DNA from: Piromyces finnis finn
Taxonomy: Eukaryota; Fungi; Neocallimastigomycota
Direction of reading: 5' to 3'
Length of the DNA stretch: 64,000 bases
NCBI GenBank assembly: GCA_002104945.1
Contig: MCFH01000007.1
Span: forward strand, 124,001 to 188,000
Shown here: one piece after another, positions 32,558 through 46,329 of the stretch
Layout: the number at the start of each line of letters is the position of its first letter
Position numbering within the stretch: position 1 is the first letter of the stretch
Notes under the pieces: generated by a model
What the model was told of the DNA's origin: nothing
The model's input: only the letters and a program-made list of their open reading frames with translations
The model's database searches: none
Program-made: the position numbers and the translations under genes

Positions 32558-33276
32558 ATCTTTCTTCTTTGATGAGCCTTTCTTTTTGATATCTTTTTTA
32601 CCCACAATCATAACAGCTTCACAATAACAAAATTACTTAATAAGGGAGAATTTAAAGTGCCACTTAAATGTCAAAAGAATTTAGTTGAAACAAAAAATAA
32701 GAATTAATACATTATTAATTTATTATTAAAAAAGAAAACATTTATAATTAAAGAGTAATTTTTGATATTAAAAAAATGTTTTCTTTTTATAAACTTTTTT
32801 TATTTATAATATATATTATAAATATTATAAATGTATATAAATGTTAATTTAAAAAGCAACAATTCATAATAGAATTATCAATCGAGATACTCAAATTATT
32901 ATTAATACTTGGATTATAACTAAATTAATTAAAAAATAACCTTGTTAAGAAAAAAAAAAAAAAAGTCATATAAAAGATAGTATTTTTACAATATAAAAAA
33001 TAAAATAGAATATTACAAATAAAACAAGATTTAAATAAGATTTTGTTATATAGTGATAAATAGAAAAGAAGAGATATGTATTAAATTCAATAAATTATAT
33101 ATACATAATATTCTTTTCAATGCAACCAATCTATTTTTTTTTTAAAAAGAAAAAAAATATATAAAATACTATTTATATTATTAATAGAATTTGATATGAA
33201 AAAAAAAAAAAAAAAAAAAAGAAATTATAATATTATTAATACTATTTTTACAAGTAAACAAGTAAATAAACAATTT

Positions 33277-36200
33277 TTATATTTTCCAACGTTCTTTTCC
33301 ATTCATTTCATCCAATTTAGTCTCATTTATATTAGGATCACAATAAATTTCTCTTAAACGATCATTGTTAAATTGGCGTTTTAATTTATTCCATTTCTTA
33401 TCCTGATTACTTTCTAGGAAGAGACAGTAAAGATCATCCTGACTAAGTTTTTCAAATTTATTATATTCAATAAAATTTTTAAATTTTATTCGAGCTTTAT
33501 TAAGAGTAATAACAGCTAATTCAATGGTTTTACTCTCTCGAAGTTTTCGTTGCTGCGCTTTTTTCTCTTCAATATTTGTTGTTTTGGAATTAAAAAGAAT
33601 TTCAGATTCAATTTTTTTTATATCTTGTTTATTTTCATTCGTGTCATAAATGGATACCTCATGCTTACTTTCCGCAGCTACTACAGTTAATTCACTATAA
33701 ATAGGGACTTTATCCTGAATAGGTTTAGAAAATTTAGAAAATAGATCAATATTTTTAATATTCAAAAATCCATGATATTCAATTATCCCTCTTTCCCCGA
33801 AATAATCTCCAGGACCATATTGCCCAACAAAGATTTTAAAAACTTTTTCTTCACCATCTCTTTCTAAAAATAATCTTCTATAAACATTACATTTTCCTCT
33901 TTTTACAATATAAAATTCTTCTAAAGGTTGTCCAAATTTTATAATGGTTTGACCAATCGGAATAGTACGATAGTTAATAATTTCCGCATAGGAATATAAA
34001 GAATCACACGAAAAATTATTAAAGAAAAAAAGTGTTTTCAAGAATTTGGTCTTTTCCTTTATATCTTGTTCTTCAATAAGTTTTTTGAATTTTTCATATT
34101 CATTCTAAATCCCATCCAAAAAAAAAATAAATACAAGAATAAATTATTACATAAAAAATTAACAAAGTATAATTAAAATATTATAAAATCATGAAATAGA
34201 TTAATGAAATGTTTTTATCAAATAATATGTATTACATATTCGATTAAAATATATTTCTTATTTTTATTTTGAGATTTTTATTTTATTATTCTCATTTTAC
34301 CTTATCAATCTCTAATATGTAAGCAGAAGTACTAGTCAATACGGAATCTAATTCATAATCATTTTCATCTTTTTCAAAATTATTAAAACTTTCTCTGTAT
34401 TTTTATGAATTATAAATTGTATGAATATTTATTAAAAAAAATATGATTATTAAATAAATTATCATAATAATTTATATAGTATTCCCATATCTACAAGTAT
34501 TTTTTTTTATTTATTTAAAATAATTAATTTTTTTTATTTTATGATTGTCTTTTAATAATAGTTTACCCTATATTTCGAATTTGAATGATTTCATTTTTGG
34601 TAGTATTATTATTAACATGACTGCCTCTACGACATAAATCCATGGCTTTATTAATTTTTCGTTCATCCCAATTGGAATCAAGAAAACTTTTACGACGTTG
34701 ATAATAACCATTGCCATAAAGTTTTGGTGCCCCTAATAATTGATTAGAATAAGTTGTTTCTACCTTAGGTGAAAGAGAATTGGAACCTTTAGGGGACAGG
34801 AGGGATTTACTAAAGATATCTTTAGTATTAACATACCGTAATACCGCTGTACCAACTAATATAAAATAATACTTTGATTCATTTTCTATTATAAATTAAG
34901 AATTATTTAATTAAAAATAGTAGATATTATGTATAATAAATTTTTTAGTTTTTTTTTTTTTTTTGAATACTCAAATGAAAAATTAAAAAAAAAATTAAAT
35001 AAAATAAGTAGAATACTTTACTGGTATAAATAGATGTATTTTTTTCATAATATTTGACTTCAGAATTATAAAGAATATTATTAATGAAATCTTTGGAATA
35101 TCCTTTAAATGATTTTAAATTACTAACAAAAATACGAATTTCAGATAATTCTTTATCTGTCCATTCGTTATTTCGATGAATTAAAAGATGAATTATATCA
35201 TAAATATATTCTGGAGATGGATTTCCCGAATAATTAGATTTAAATTTAAAACGAATATATTGTTCTTCGGAATTGACAGTACTATTTACCAAATCTCGAA
35301 TGATATCTAAGGATTGTTCCTTTAAAATTTGTATAATACTCTTTTTTCTTTCTTTTGGAGTAATTGGACTAAGAGAAGAGGTATTGTTACTATAGAAACT
35401 TGGGTTGTCCCGATTTTCATATGTTTTAATATTGATACTAATTCCATTATAACTACGAATATTACTGTTTTCATCGTTTTTATTATAATGATTATTACCT
35501 TCTCGATTCCATATAGATTCTTTACGTTTCATATACGCCTTATACTCATGAATAAAACGATCTACACTAAAATTTGATATTTGATCCATGACAGATTTAT
35601 TATCAACAAAAATATCTTTGGATAATTGTTCATCTTCTTTTCTTATCTTATTCTTTTGTACACTATAATCACGAAGATATTGAACTTTATTTTCTTGTTT
35701 TGTTTTTCGCATCAAGGTATTTATTTTTGAAGTATCATTTCTTTTTTTATAAGCAATATTTATATTTCCATCAGAATCAAAAGCGGCATTACCCATAGAG
35801 TTTAATTTATTAGATGAATCTATATAATAAAAATGAAAATAGACATTAATATTTATATTTTTTTTAATTTGTTTTTATACTTTTTTTTTCATATGTTATT
35901 CTTTCTTTTCCTTTAAATCTATATATACATATATTATTGGTGTTGTTAATATTACCATTTATATTTAAAATAGAATTAGAATAGGAATAGCTATTTTGAT
36001 TCAGTATAGATTTACTAGAAGATTTTTCTTTTTTCAAAGGAATAATAGTTCCAATTGAAGAGGAAATTTCATTTGATATTAAATTTTGATGATTTAAAGA
36101 ATTGATTGGATCCGCATGACCATTAACTTGATTAAGATAGGATTGAAGAGTTTGACTTTCTTTTCTTAACTTTTCTTCTAAATCTTTCCTTCGTTCTTCT

Positions 36201-37800
36201 TCCCATTTCATGAGAGAACTAACCTGCCTCTCTTTGATTGCTTCCTTTTCTTTTTCAGAAATATCTTTATTTTTTAATAAATTTTTTTTAAGTTGTAGAT
36301 CTCTAACAACTGGATTTAATTTTTCTTGATCCATTCCATTATTCTCATTTTGATTCTCTTGAACAAAAATATCTTTACGCCAAATAGAATAGCGTAATAA
36401 TTTTCCTCTTTCTTTTCCTTGTCCTTGAATATATTTATACTTTTTCCATTTCTCTAGTTTTTTTCCAAATTCCTTATCCTGATCGGTATATAAAAGACTA
36501 AAATTATTTTTACATATCTGAGCATTTTCAATAACACGCTCAATATCAATTTTTTTTTTAAAAGTATCATCCTGTTTATTTAATTCATTTTTATTATTAA
36601 CAAGTTTATTTTCTTTATCATTCCTTTTATTATTATTTTTGTTATAAAATTTTTATTTTTTAATTTCATAGAAATAAAAAATAAAAAAAAAAAAAAAGCA
36701 TTAATGATATATTTTTGATAAAAATATATAAATTTTAAAATATATAAATATTAAAATATAAAAAATTAACATATTCATATTGCTATTATTTTCTATTATT
36801 ATTCTATTTTAACCATTATTTATTATATTCAATAACAACAAAAAAATAAAAAAAAAATAAAATACCTTGTTTTAATGCTATTATTAGTACTATTAAGATT
36901 ATTAGGATTAACAGATTGTTGAAGATTATCAGGTAATTTAATTTTAATTTTTGGTTTTACTCTTTCTTTAGCTTTTTCAAGATTAGCTTGATTAGGAATG
37001 AGACTAGAGTCTTGTTGAAGCTGTTCAATATTTTTAATTTGAGGATCACTAAGAAATGTTTTTGCACCTTCATAAAGATTAACACCAGTAGGATGTGTTT
37101 GAATTTCTTCTTGAAGTGTGGTTTGATATTTTTTATAATCCTTCATGTAATCTCCTTTCACAGCATTTCTTTTATTACGAATGTAGTTTTGAAGAAAATC
37201 CGGAAGTTCATCTTCATATTTATCTTTTTCTTCTCCAGGAAAAACTACTTTAATTTGTTTATCCCTTGGAACAATTTTGGGTTCATTTAAGTAATGACAA
37301 TTTTCTTCATAATCTCCTTCCGGTGCCAGTGGAATATCATTATGTGGTAGTGAGGATGGCTTCTTATTATTCTTTGTTCTAGATGCTAATAAATTAAGGT
37401 AGGAAGCTCGTTGATCCTCAACAATATTTTCTGTTGACCCTGATTGGGATGAATTATGCGATCGAGGGGTAAAATCTTTATCATTGTTTTCAGATTCTAA
37501 AAAAATGGAATCATTTCCTCCGGGAATTAATTTACGAGTAAACCCATTTGGATCAACAACATAGTATGGCTCATCATTTATTAAATCTTTTTTATTGTCA
37601 TTATTATTCTTTAAATTATTAATATCCTCTTTGGTAGCAATTATATTTTCTTGATAATATTGATCCATTCGTCGCATAACATATTCATGATCTTTTAATA
37701 ACATCACCACAGTCCGTTCTTTCATTCCTGGTTGGACTTTTGTTTTATAAAGCTCCGTTGAAAATCCCGGAATATTTCTATCAAAATCATTTTCATCCAT
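33277..37800 (-). CDS. Cyclic nucleotide-binding domain (CNBD) protein with N-terminal low-complexity/coiled-coil region; multi-exon
   Basis: The last exon has IIKFGQPLEEFYIVKRGKCNVY...VGQYGPGDYFGE (CNBD beta-roll). An upstream CNBD-like segment reads LKSFKGYSKDFINNILYNSEVKYYEKNTSIY...YFILVGTAVL. ORFs 36829..37800, 35864..36334, 34945..35796 and 33277..34041 are colinear and joined by GT-AG introns. Confidence 0.75.
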
Positions 37801-38184
37801 TATCGTTATTTTAATGTTTCAGTAATTAATAATGAATTAAATGTAATAAAAATGATAATTCAAAGAATAAAATGTTTTTTTTTTTTTCTATTAACTTTAT
37901 TCCTCTTTTCTTTTTAAATGATAGTTTATATAATATTAAATCATTATTATTTATGAATTGTTTTGAAAATAATAAATTTTGTAAAAATATTAATATTATT
38001 AAATATATAGATTATAATTTATATATAATTATATATTATTAATTATTATTTTTTATGACATTCTTTTTAACATATCTCTAAACTTTAGAAATATAAAATG
38101 AATTTAAAGTTATTTATATTATTATTATATATTATATTATATATATTTCCCTACATATTTATTCAAACATTTACAATAATGATT

Positions 38185-38215
<31 letters not shown>

Positions 38216-38989
38216 GAACTACTCAGTTTTTTTTATCATTCATTCAAATTATATTTTATAATAAAAAAAAAAAAAAAAAAAAAAAAACTTTGAATAATTT
38301 AAAAGTATAATGAATATATATAATAATAATAATTAAAAAATAAAAATTAATGGGAATAAAAGTATATTAATATTATTTTTTTCTATTTCATTATTTTATA
38401 TTCCTTGGAATATTTCAAACAAATAGAGATAAAAATTATAATATTAAAACATAATTTTATATATATATATATTTAAATATCTTAAGATAATAAAGAAAAA
38501 AGCTTTTGTATGTGACTTTTTTAAATAATAAAAAAAAAAGTTTTATTTAGTTATAGATTTTGCTATATCTTTTTTACCACTTTTTTTTTTTTTAATTCAA
38601 CTATAAAATAATTAGATGTAAATATAATTATGTCATATAAATTGTATATTTAAAAAAAAAAAAAAAAAAAAAAAGAACTCTTTTTCTTTTATATTTTTAG
38701 ATAAATTTTCATTTATTTTATATTTTTATTTATTATATAAAATAGATAATATATATGAAAATAAAAGAACATATTATAGTATAACTATAACTATTCTAAA
38801 TAATAATATTTATTACTATTCCTTTTTAGGGTGAATAAAAAGGTATACCACAAAGTTGAATTAGATAATATCATGAATGATTTTTATTTTTTTTTTTTTT
38901 ATTGTTTGTTTTTTGCTTATTTTTTGTTTGTTTATTTGTTTTTTCTTTTTTTTATATTTTATTTATTTTAATGAACGAAATGAAAAAAA

Positions 38990-39029
<40 letters not shown>

Positions 39030-39281
39030 GTAATTTGATGATAAACAAATACTTAATAATGAATATTATTATTAATTAAGGAATCTTAATAAATATTCTT
39101 TGAATTACCATGAAGTAGTAATTAATAATATTGGTTTTTTCTATTTTTTTTTTTTTTTTTTCTTTTTTATGTTTTTCTTTATTAATTATATATATATTAA
39201 TATTTGATGAATATATTTTCTTTTTCTTATTCTTCTATTTCTTCTTTTATATATATATATATAATATGTCTGACAAATGAA

Positions 39282-40037
39282 TTATTTCTTAATGTAGAAA
39301 TAAACAAATATTAAGACAAGGAAAATGAAAATAATTAGTATCCACATAACACTACCACTTTGAGTTTGCATCATAACACCTAATTTGTTCATGGTGGTAC
39401 CTAAAAGAGATCTTGTTGAATGCATTTCATCATCCTGTAATTACATATTCCATTAAATTTTCGTCGATGTTATTGATATGTTGAAAAATTAACATATATA
39501 TTTTTGAATATATATTAATTTTTAAATGTGATAATAATTATAAATATATATAATTGAAATTAATTTATATTCTTTAAATTTTTCATATATAATTTCATTT
39601 ATTATTATATTACCATGTCATCTAAAAATTCATTTTGTCTTTTCATTTCTTCACCAATCAATAAAGAAACCTTTTTTTAAAAAAAAAAAAAAAACATAGC
39701 ATATTATAATAAACAAACAAAGAATAATACAAATAAATATAATATATATGTAATATATAATTAATTTGAAATAATAATTTAGAAATTTATTATATTCTAT
39801 AATAAATATTTAAGTATTGTTATCTTTTTCTTCTTTCTTTATTCAGTAAAATACCTCTTTTAAAGTTTTCATTTTTTCTGATAAATTTGCAACTTGTTCA
39901 TCATTTTGTCTTTCTATTAAGTATGGGTCACTAGATGGTGTGCTTGTGTTAGTTCTAAAACCATCAAATAAAGCATCTCTATCAGAGAGGTATGGATTTC
40001 TTTGGATTGAAATAAAGATTTTTACAAATATGTGTAA

Positions 40038-40094
<57 letters not shown>

Positions 40095-40301
40095 TACAAA
40101 AAGTATTTTTATTAATTATAAAATAAAATTTAAGTATATATCCATTAACAAAGTAATATTTTGTTGATTTGATAGCATATTTATATTGAAATATTTTCAA
40201 TAAAAAGGTTATTGTCTTTTGTTTATATAATAATTTACCTAAGCAAAATAAAATAGAATAAATTATTCTATATTTAATTACCTTGGTTGTGGTCCTGCCA
40301 T
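39282..40301 (-). CDS. BET1: Qc-SNARE, BET1-like; 4 exons
   Basis: MAGPQP|RNPYLSDRDALF...LIERQNDEQVANLSEKMKTLKE|VSLLIGEEMKRQNEFLDDM|DDEMHSTRSLLGTTMNKLGVMMQTQSGSYVWILIIFIFLVLIFVYFYIKK*. This shows a SNARE heptad with zero-layer Gln and a C-terminal transmembrane anchor. Confidence 0.85.
40038..40094. repeat. (ATT)n microsatellite in BET1 intron 1
   Basis: About 19 units; the source of the poly-Leu in spurious ORF 39940..40167. Confidence 0.9.
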
Positions 40302-43300
40302 TCTTTATTATATGTTTAAATTTATATTTATAAAATATATTGTTGATAATGAATTGAAGTAGAATACAAGATTATGTTATTAAACGAAATTATTTTAGAT
40401 TGGTATAATTTATTGTAGTACTGTATTTAAATTCTTTATACTATTGAAATCAATCTTTAAATATAAAAGACTAATAATTGTTTAATATATTGAAATTATT
40501 ATCTTTCTATAAGTTTTATTATATTATTTATTATAATAAGAATGAAAATTATATATAATATATATAATTAAATAATAAGAACCCTTTTTTTGAAGAGTAG
40601 TATTTCTATATAAAGATTGAAATAATTTTTTAAAATTTATTTTTATCTTTAATGAGTTTAAAGATTTGATATTTATATACTTGTTTATATGAAAATGTTT
40701 TAAATTTTGTTTTTTAATCTTTTACTTGTATTATTTATTTATTGATTAATTTCTTATAATGACGTTTAAGTTCGTCTATTTTATTATTTTAATTTTATAA
40801 TAAATTTTATTCATTAACTTTTTTTTTTTTTTTATTTTTAACTTTTTGAGAAAAATCAAATAAAACGTGGGAACATTTTAATTAAAAATAATAATTAAAA
40901 AATTATTATAACTTTATCATATACAATAATATTTATAAAAAATATATACTCAAATGAAAATATTAATAAAAGAATACACACACAAAAAATAAAATATATA
41001 TATACATATATATATAATAAAATCTATATTCTATATTTAATATTTATATATCTTTCAAAATTATTTTAATTCAAAAAAAAAAAAAAAAGAACCTAAAGAA
41101 AAAGTAATATAAATGCAAATAATAAATGTAATATTATATATATAGATAGATATAAGTATAAAAAATAAATAATAATATAATTAATAATGATTTTTAAAGA
41201 TGAAAAAAATACTTTGCATACAAATATACTCGATATTATGTTTAGAAAAAAAATATTTTTAAATTAATAATTGTTGTAGTATAAAATAAAATAATGAACA
41301 AAAAAAAAAAAATTGTTGGTTTGTTGGTTTGATACTAATGAAGAAATACAATAATTTAATATTCATATAAATTATATTATAATACATGCATAATATATAC
41401 TCTATAAAAATATTTTAATAACATGAATTGAAGAAATATATACATGCATTAATATACTAGATAATAAAACAAAATCAAACATCCAGTATTGATTTAATAT
41501 TTTATTCATTCAACCATTATTCTTTTATTATATTTATATATTTCAAAATAACAATAAAAAAAAACTAAATAAAAAGTTTTAAATAAACATACTTTTTTTT
41601 AAAAAAAAAAAAATATTAATCATAAAATATTTAGGCATATTAAAGTGCTGCATATATATACTCTTTCTATATACATAAATATTCTCGATAAAGACGAGTA
41701 CCTAATATTTTGATGTAAATAAATGAATAAAAAAATATTAAATATGAATTAAAATTTTTTTACATTATTTTTTCTTATATGTTTTTTATATATTGAAATT
41801 AATGAATAGTCGTAAATTAGATTTGAAGTTAATTTTAATTCATATTTAATATCTTTTTATTCATTTATAAATATCTTTTTTTTTTTTTTAATATTTTTTT
41901 CATTTCTTTATTATCTTCCAAATAAGCAATTAAATGGATAACTAGAAATTAGCTTTGATTTATTTATAATAAAGAAATTAGAATAAAAAATACTATCTCT
42001 CACATAAACATAATAATAAAATCTCAATCCTATAAAAAATCCTTAAAGCGAAAATTATGGAAGAAATGTAATTTTTATTTATTGAATTTATATAGATATA
42101 TTTAATACAAACTTATATATATACGACTCTATTAGAGGTGAAAAGAAATTATATAACTTTTTTATTCTAATTGAACCTATTAATTATTTTAACAAGTAAT
42201 CAATTATGTTTATATATGTTATTATCAAATATGTTGATCTTTTTAATTGGAAAATAAACCACTTATTAATTATTTTCTAATTATTTTCTGGTGGTACAGT
42301 TCTAAGTAATTTTTTTTTGATCATTTGAACAATAATTGGTGACATTTTTAAATTTTTTAACTTTTTCTTTTTTATATCTATAAATTAGAAAAAAAAATAG
42401 GATAACCTTGAATTATTTTCAGCTTTTAATAGTAATGCTGAACATAAACTAGGCTTTATATTTTTTATTTTAATAATAAATAAAACTATGATATAATGTT
42501 TTCCTTCTTATTTAATTTTATAATAAATAGAAATAAATAATTACTAAGCATATACTATTTTTGTACTGTGAAACAATTCATTTTTTTTTATTTATTTTTT
42601 ACTTTTATGGATTAATTAAATAAATTAATATTAAATTTCATTAATGTTAATATATTAATAATATAAAAAAAAAGAATTTAATTTAAAAAAGTTTCACTTT
42701 TATTTAATTTTTAATAATAAACAAATTAAAAGAAAGGAAAAAAAAAAGGTTCAAAAGGTTCAAAAGGTTCATACTAAAAAATAATAAATACTATTGAAAA
42801 ATAAAAAAAAAAAGTTTTTGTTTGTATTTTATTTTTAATGAAAAAAACTATTATGTTCCTTTTTCTTTTATTATTAAAGAAAATATATAATTTTTTTTTT
42901 CTATTTTATTTTTATTTCAAGGTTCAAAAAAAAAAAATAAAAAAAAATATCTTCCCTCCCATATAAAAAAGAATATTTTCTTAGTTATGGATATAACTTA
43001 AATTATATATAAGTATATATATTAATAATTAATTCATTATATTATAATAAATTTATTATAAATATACATATAATTACTTTTGTTGTATTGAAAGAAGAAA
43101 ATAAAAAAAAAAAAAAGATTCTAGACTTTACATATATATAAAAAAAACTACTGAACTTTATTTAATAATTAAAAATGATTAATAAAAAAAAAAAAAAGAC
43201 AAGAAATTATATTTGTACTCAAAAATGATTACTTTCCAATTTGAGTATAAATAAAGAATAAATTCCTTCAATTTTTTATTTTCAATTATATATATACATT

Positions 43301-44453
43301 GTTAAAAAAAAAAAAAAAAAAAAAAAACAAGTCATATAGAATAAATATTGAGTATGGGTAGTATGGTATAGTAAAAAAAAAATGAATGAAAAAGAAAATT
43401 CATAAAGTTATATTATAGTTTGTAATATATAAATTAAATATATTTTATTAATTAAATTAGAAAAGGTCAAGAAAAAGTAATTCTGAAGAAAAGGAACATT
43501 TTAATGGAAAAGGTCTTTATAAGAAAATGAAAAAAAAAAAAAAAGTAGCAATATAAAGTTGAATTATACTGAATTTAGTGGAACTTTATAAATATTCATG
43601 AGGAAGTCATTTTAAAAAAAGTTGAATTGAAAAAAAAAAAATGAAAATATAATCATTATAAAGGATAATTCGAATGGTTTAGAAACAGTTGAACTTAATG
43701 TGGTTTATAAATACTCATTAAAAAAAAAAAAAAAGAGAGGAAAAAAAGGAAATAGTTTATGTTTGTTTAATTGGTTTTTATTTAATTTAATAGGTATTAT
43801 TTTTAGGTATGAATTTATGTTTATTGTATTTAGCAGAGAATTTTTATGGAGATATTTACAAAGATCTTTTTTTTATATATGTAAAATGATGAGTGTTTTT
43901 ATTAAGTAATCATTTCTAGTCTTTTTTTTCCATCTATTTTAAACTTCATTTGATCTATTTCTCCTTAATTCTCTTATTGGGTATTAAATAGTATTATCAG
44001 TTCTTTTTCCCATTTTTAAATTGAAAAAGATTGATAAAAACTTTTAATTTTTCTTCATCATTTGTTTTCTTTTATGTAATCAATTGATTTTAATAATAAA
44101 TTAATCTAATAATTATAAATTAATCTAATTCTATTTTACACTAAGTTAATTATATTTCTATTTTATATTATATAAATACTTTTTTTTTTTTGCTTGTATC
44201 TTAAATAATTTTTAAATATTAATTTGTGTATTGATTTTTTTTTAAATATATTTTTTTTTTTATTTTTAGTCTTTTTATAATAATAAAAATACTTGAATAT
44301 ATTGCTGATCTATTTAATTGTATTGATTTATATAAAAATCTAAATAATAATTTAATAAAAATAAAAAAAAAGGGTAATAATTCAACCTTTTTTTATATAT
44401 ACTTAATTTAATTAGTAAATTCTAAATGAAATCTATTTAATGATTTTATGAGT

Positions 44454-46329
44454 TTATGATTCAACATTGTTGACAGCTTTCTTTTCATCAATTTCTCTCT
44501 TAACCTTTAATTCATCGGCAGATTTACTATCACCGTAAAGTTGTTCCATTTCTTCTAAAGATAATCCCTTAGTTTCACGAACACAGAGAGAAGCGAAGAT
44601 AAATGAAATAAGACAGAAACCGGCATAAATTAAGAAAGTGTAGAAACTTAAGTATTTCATTAAAGTAGTTGTAGTAGAACCAACAATTAAACTACCGATG
44701 TATTGGAAGAAGGTACCAACACTATTAGCCTTAGCACGCATACGGATTGGGAAAACTTCAGCTTGCCAGACAAAGACAACAGAACTCCATGACCAACCAT
44801 AAATTACAGAGAAGAGGTACATTATAAGAACACAAAGCCAACCAGTTAACTGGCTTAAACCCTTATTAGAATCTTTGATAGAATCAGTAATATGACAAAG
44901 AGCATAAATGGAAACCATACATACACCAAGACCAAAAGCACCCCACTTAAGAATTGGCTTTCTACCAACATTTTCAATATATCTCATAGCTGGAAGAGTA
45001 CAAATGAAGCTAATTAAATTTTGTAAAGTAGCTAACCAAGCACCATATTTAGCAAGGGAAATACCAAGGTACTTACTGTAAATTTGAGTGGAATAATAAC
45101 CAATAGCATTAACACCAACAAGCATGTGAAGAAGTTGTAAGATAGAAACAATAACAACACGGTAGAAAATGTTTTTGGTTTGAACTAATTCCTTCCATGA
45201 ACAAATACCTTCAGAAAGTTCTTGCTTAAGTCTAGCATTCATTTCATTAAATTCTTCAACAACTGATGGGTGACAATCACCTTGACCACGGATCTTTGCT
45301 AAAGTTTTAAGTGCTTGATCTTCCTTATTCTTTAATAATAAGAAACGTGGGGTTTCTGGAAGGAACCAAACTAAGAGCTTTTATATATAAAATTAAAAAA
45401 AAGGAATTATTATTATAAAATTAAAATAAGAATTATAGAAACAATCTTATATAACAAAATCTTTTTATTACTTACTAAGAAAAGAGTAGCTGGAATTAAT
45501 AAGCCAGCAAAAGCGGTTCTCCATTGAGCAGACATGTTCTTAGTAATTAACTTTAAACAAAGAGTATCAAATAAACAAGAGAATAACATACCAAGTTGAA
45601 GACCTAATGGCTATTACAAATTTAAATTTAAACAAAATTGTTTATTAATAGAAAGTAGACTATATCATTTTTACACCATTATCACTATTATTATTATTAT
45701 TATTATTTAGAAAATAAAATACATACGTTAACAATACCAAGAGTACCACGAACTTGTTTTGGAGCAATTTCAGCAAGATATAATGGACAGATACCAAGAG
45801 CAATACCGGAAGCAACACCAGCAATGAAACGACCTAAACAGAGAGTGAAAATATTATTACAGCAGACTTGAACAATAACACCAGCCATGTAAATAATAGA
45901 ACCAAGACGTAATGAATTGGAACGACCAATTCTATCAATTATGTAAAGAATTAAGATAGAACCAATAATACCACCAACGGTGAATGATGGTGTAACAATC
46001 ATTTCTATGAGGTTCTTGTCTTCGGTTTCATCAAATATTTTTTTCTGAGGATTGAATTCATATAATCCGAATTTTGCACCAAAGGAAGCTCTCATGGAAT
46101 AAATGATACTATTTTTGATTTTAATATATATATTATTAATATTTATATTTAATTATTTTATAATTTTCAATATATTATATTTCTTTATGAAATTAAATTT
46201 TAAATTTTATTTTTAAATAAATGATACTTACTTTAACATACCGACTTCCCAACCGTAAACAATGGAACCAATACCACAAATAATGGTATAGAATAATAAA
46301 CGCTTATTAATGTATTGTAATTTACCCAT
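44454..46329 (-). CDS. MFS sugar porter (paralog 1); exons 46329-46232, 46108-45727, 45610-45476 and 45377-44454
   Basis: Motifs IDRIGR, GRFIAGVASG, PLYLAEIAPKQVRG, PETPRFL, ENVGRKP, EVFPIRMRAKA and RETKGLSLEEM, with about 12 hydrophobic segments. All three introns are GT-AG and frame-preserving. Confidence 0.93.

Noticed and set aside
43700-43909. Short AT-only ORFs (43700..43909, 63070..63306, 9184..9378, 17297..17602, 52029..52214)
   Set aside because: They are rich in F/I/K/L/N, as expected from random AT-rich non-coding or intron DNA, and have no motifs or splice context.
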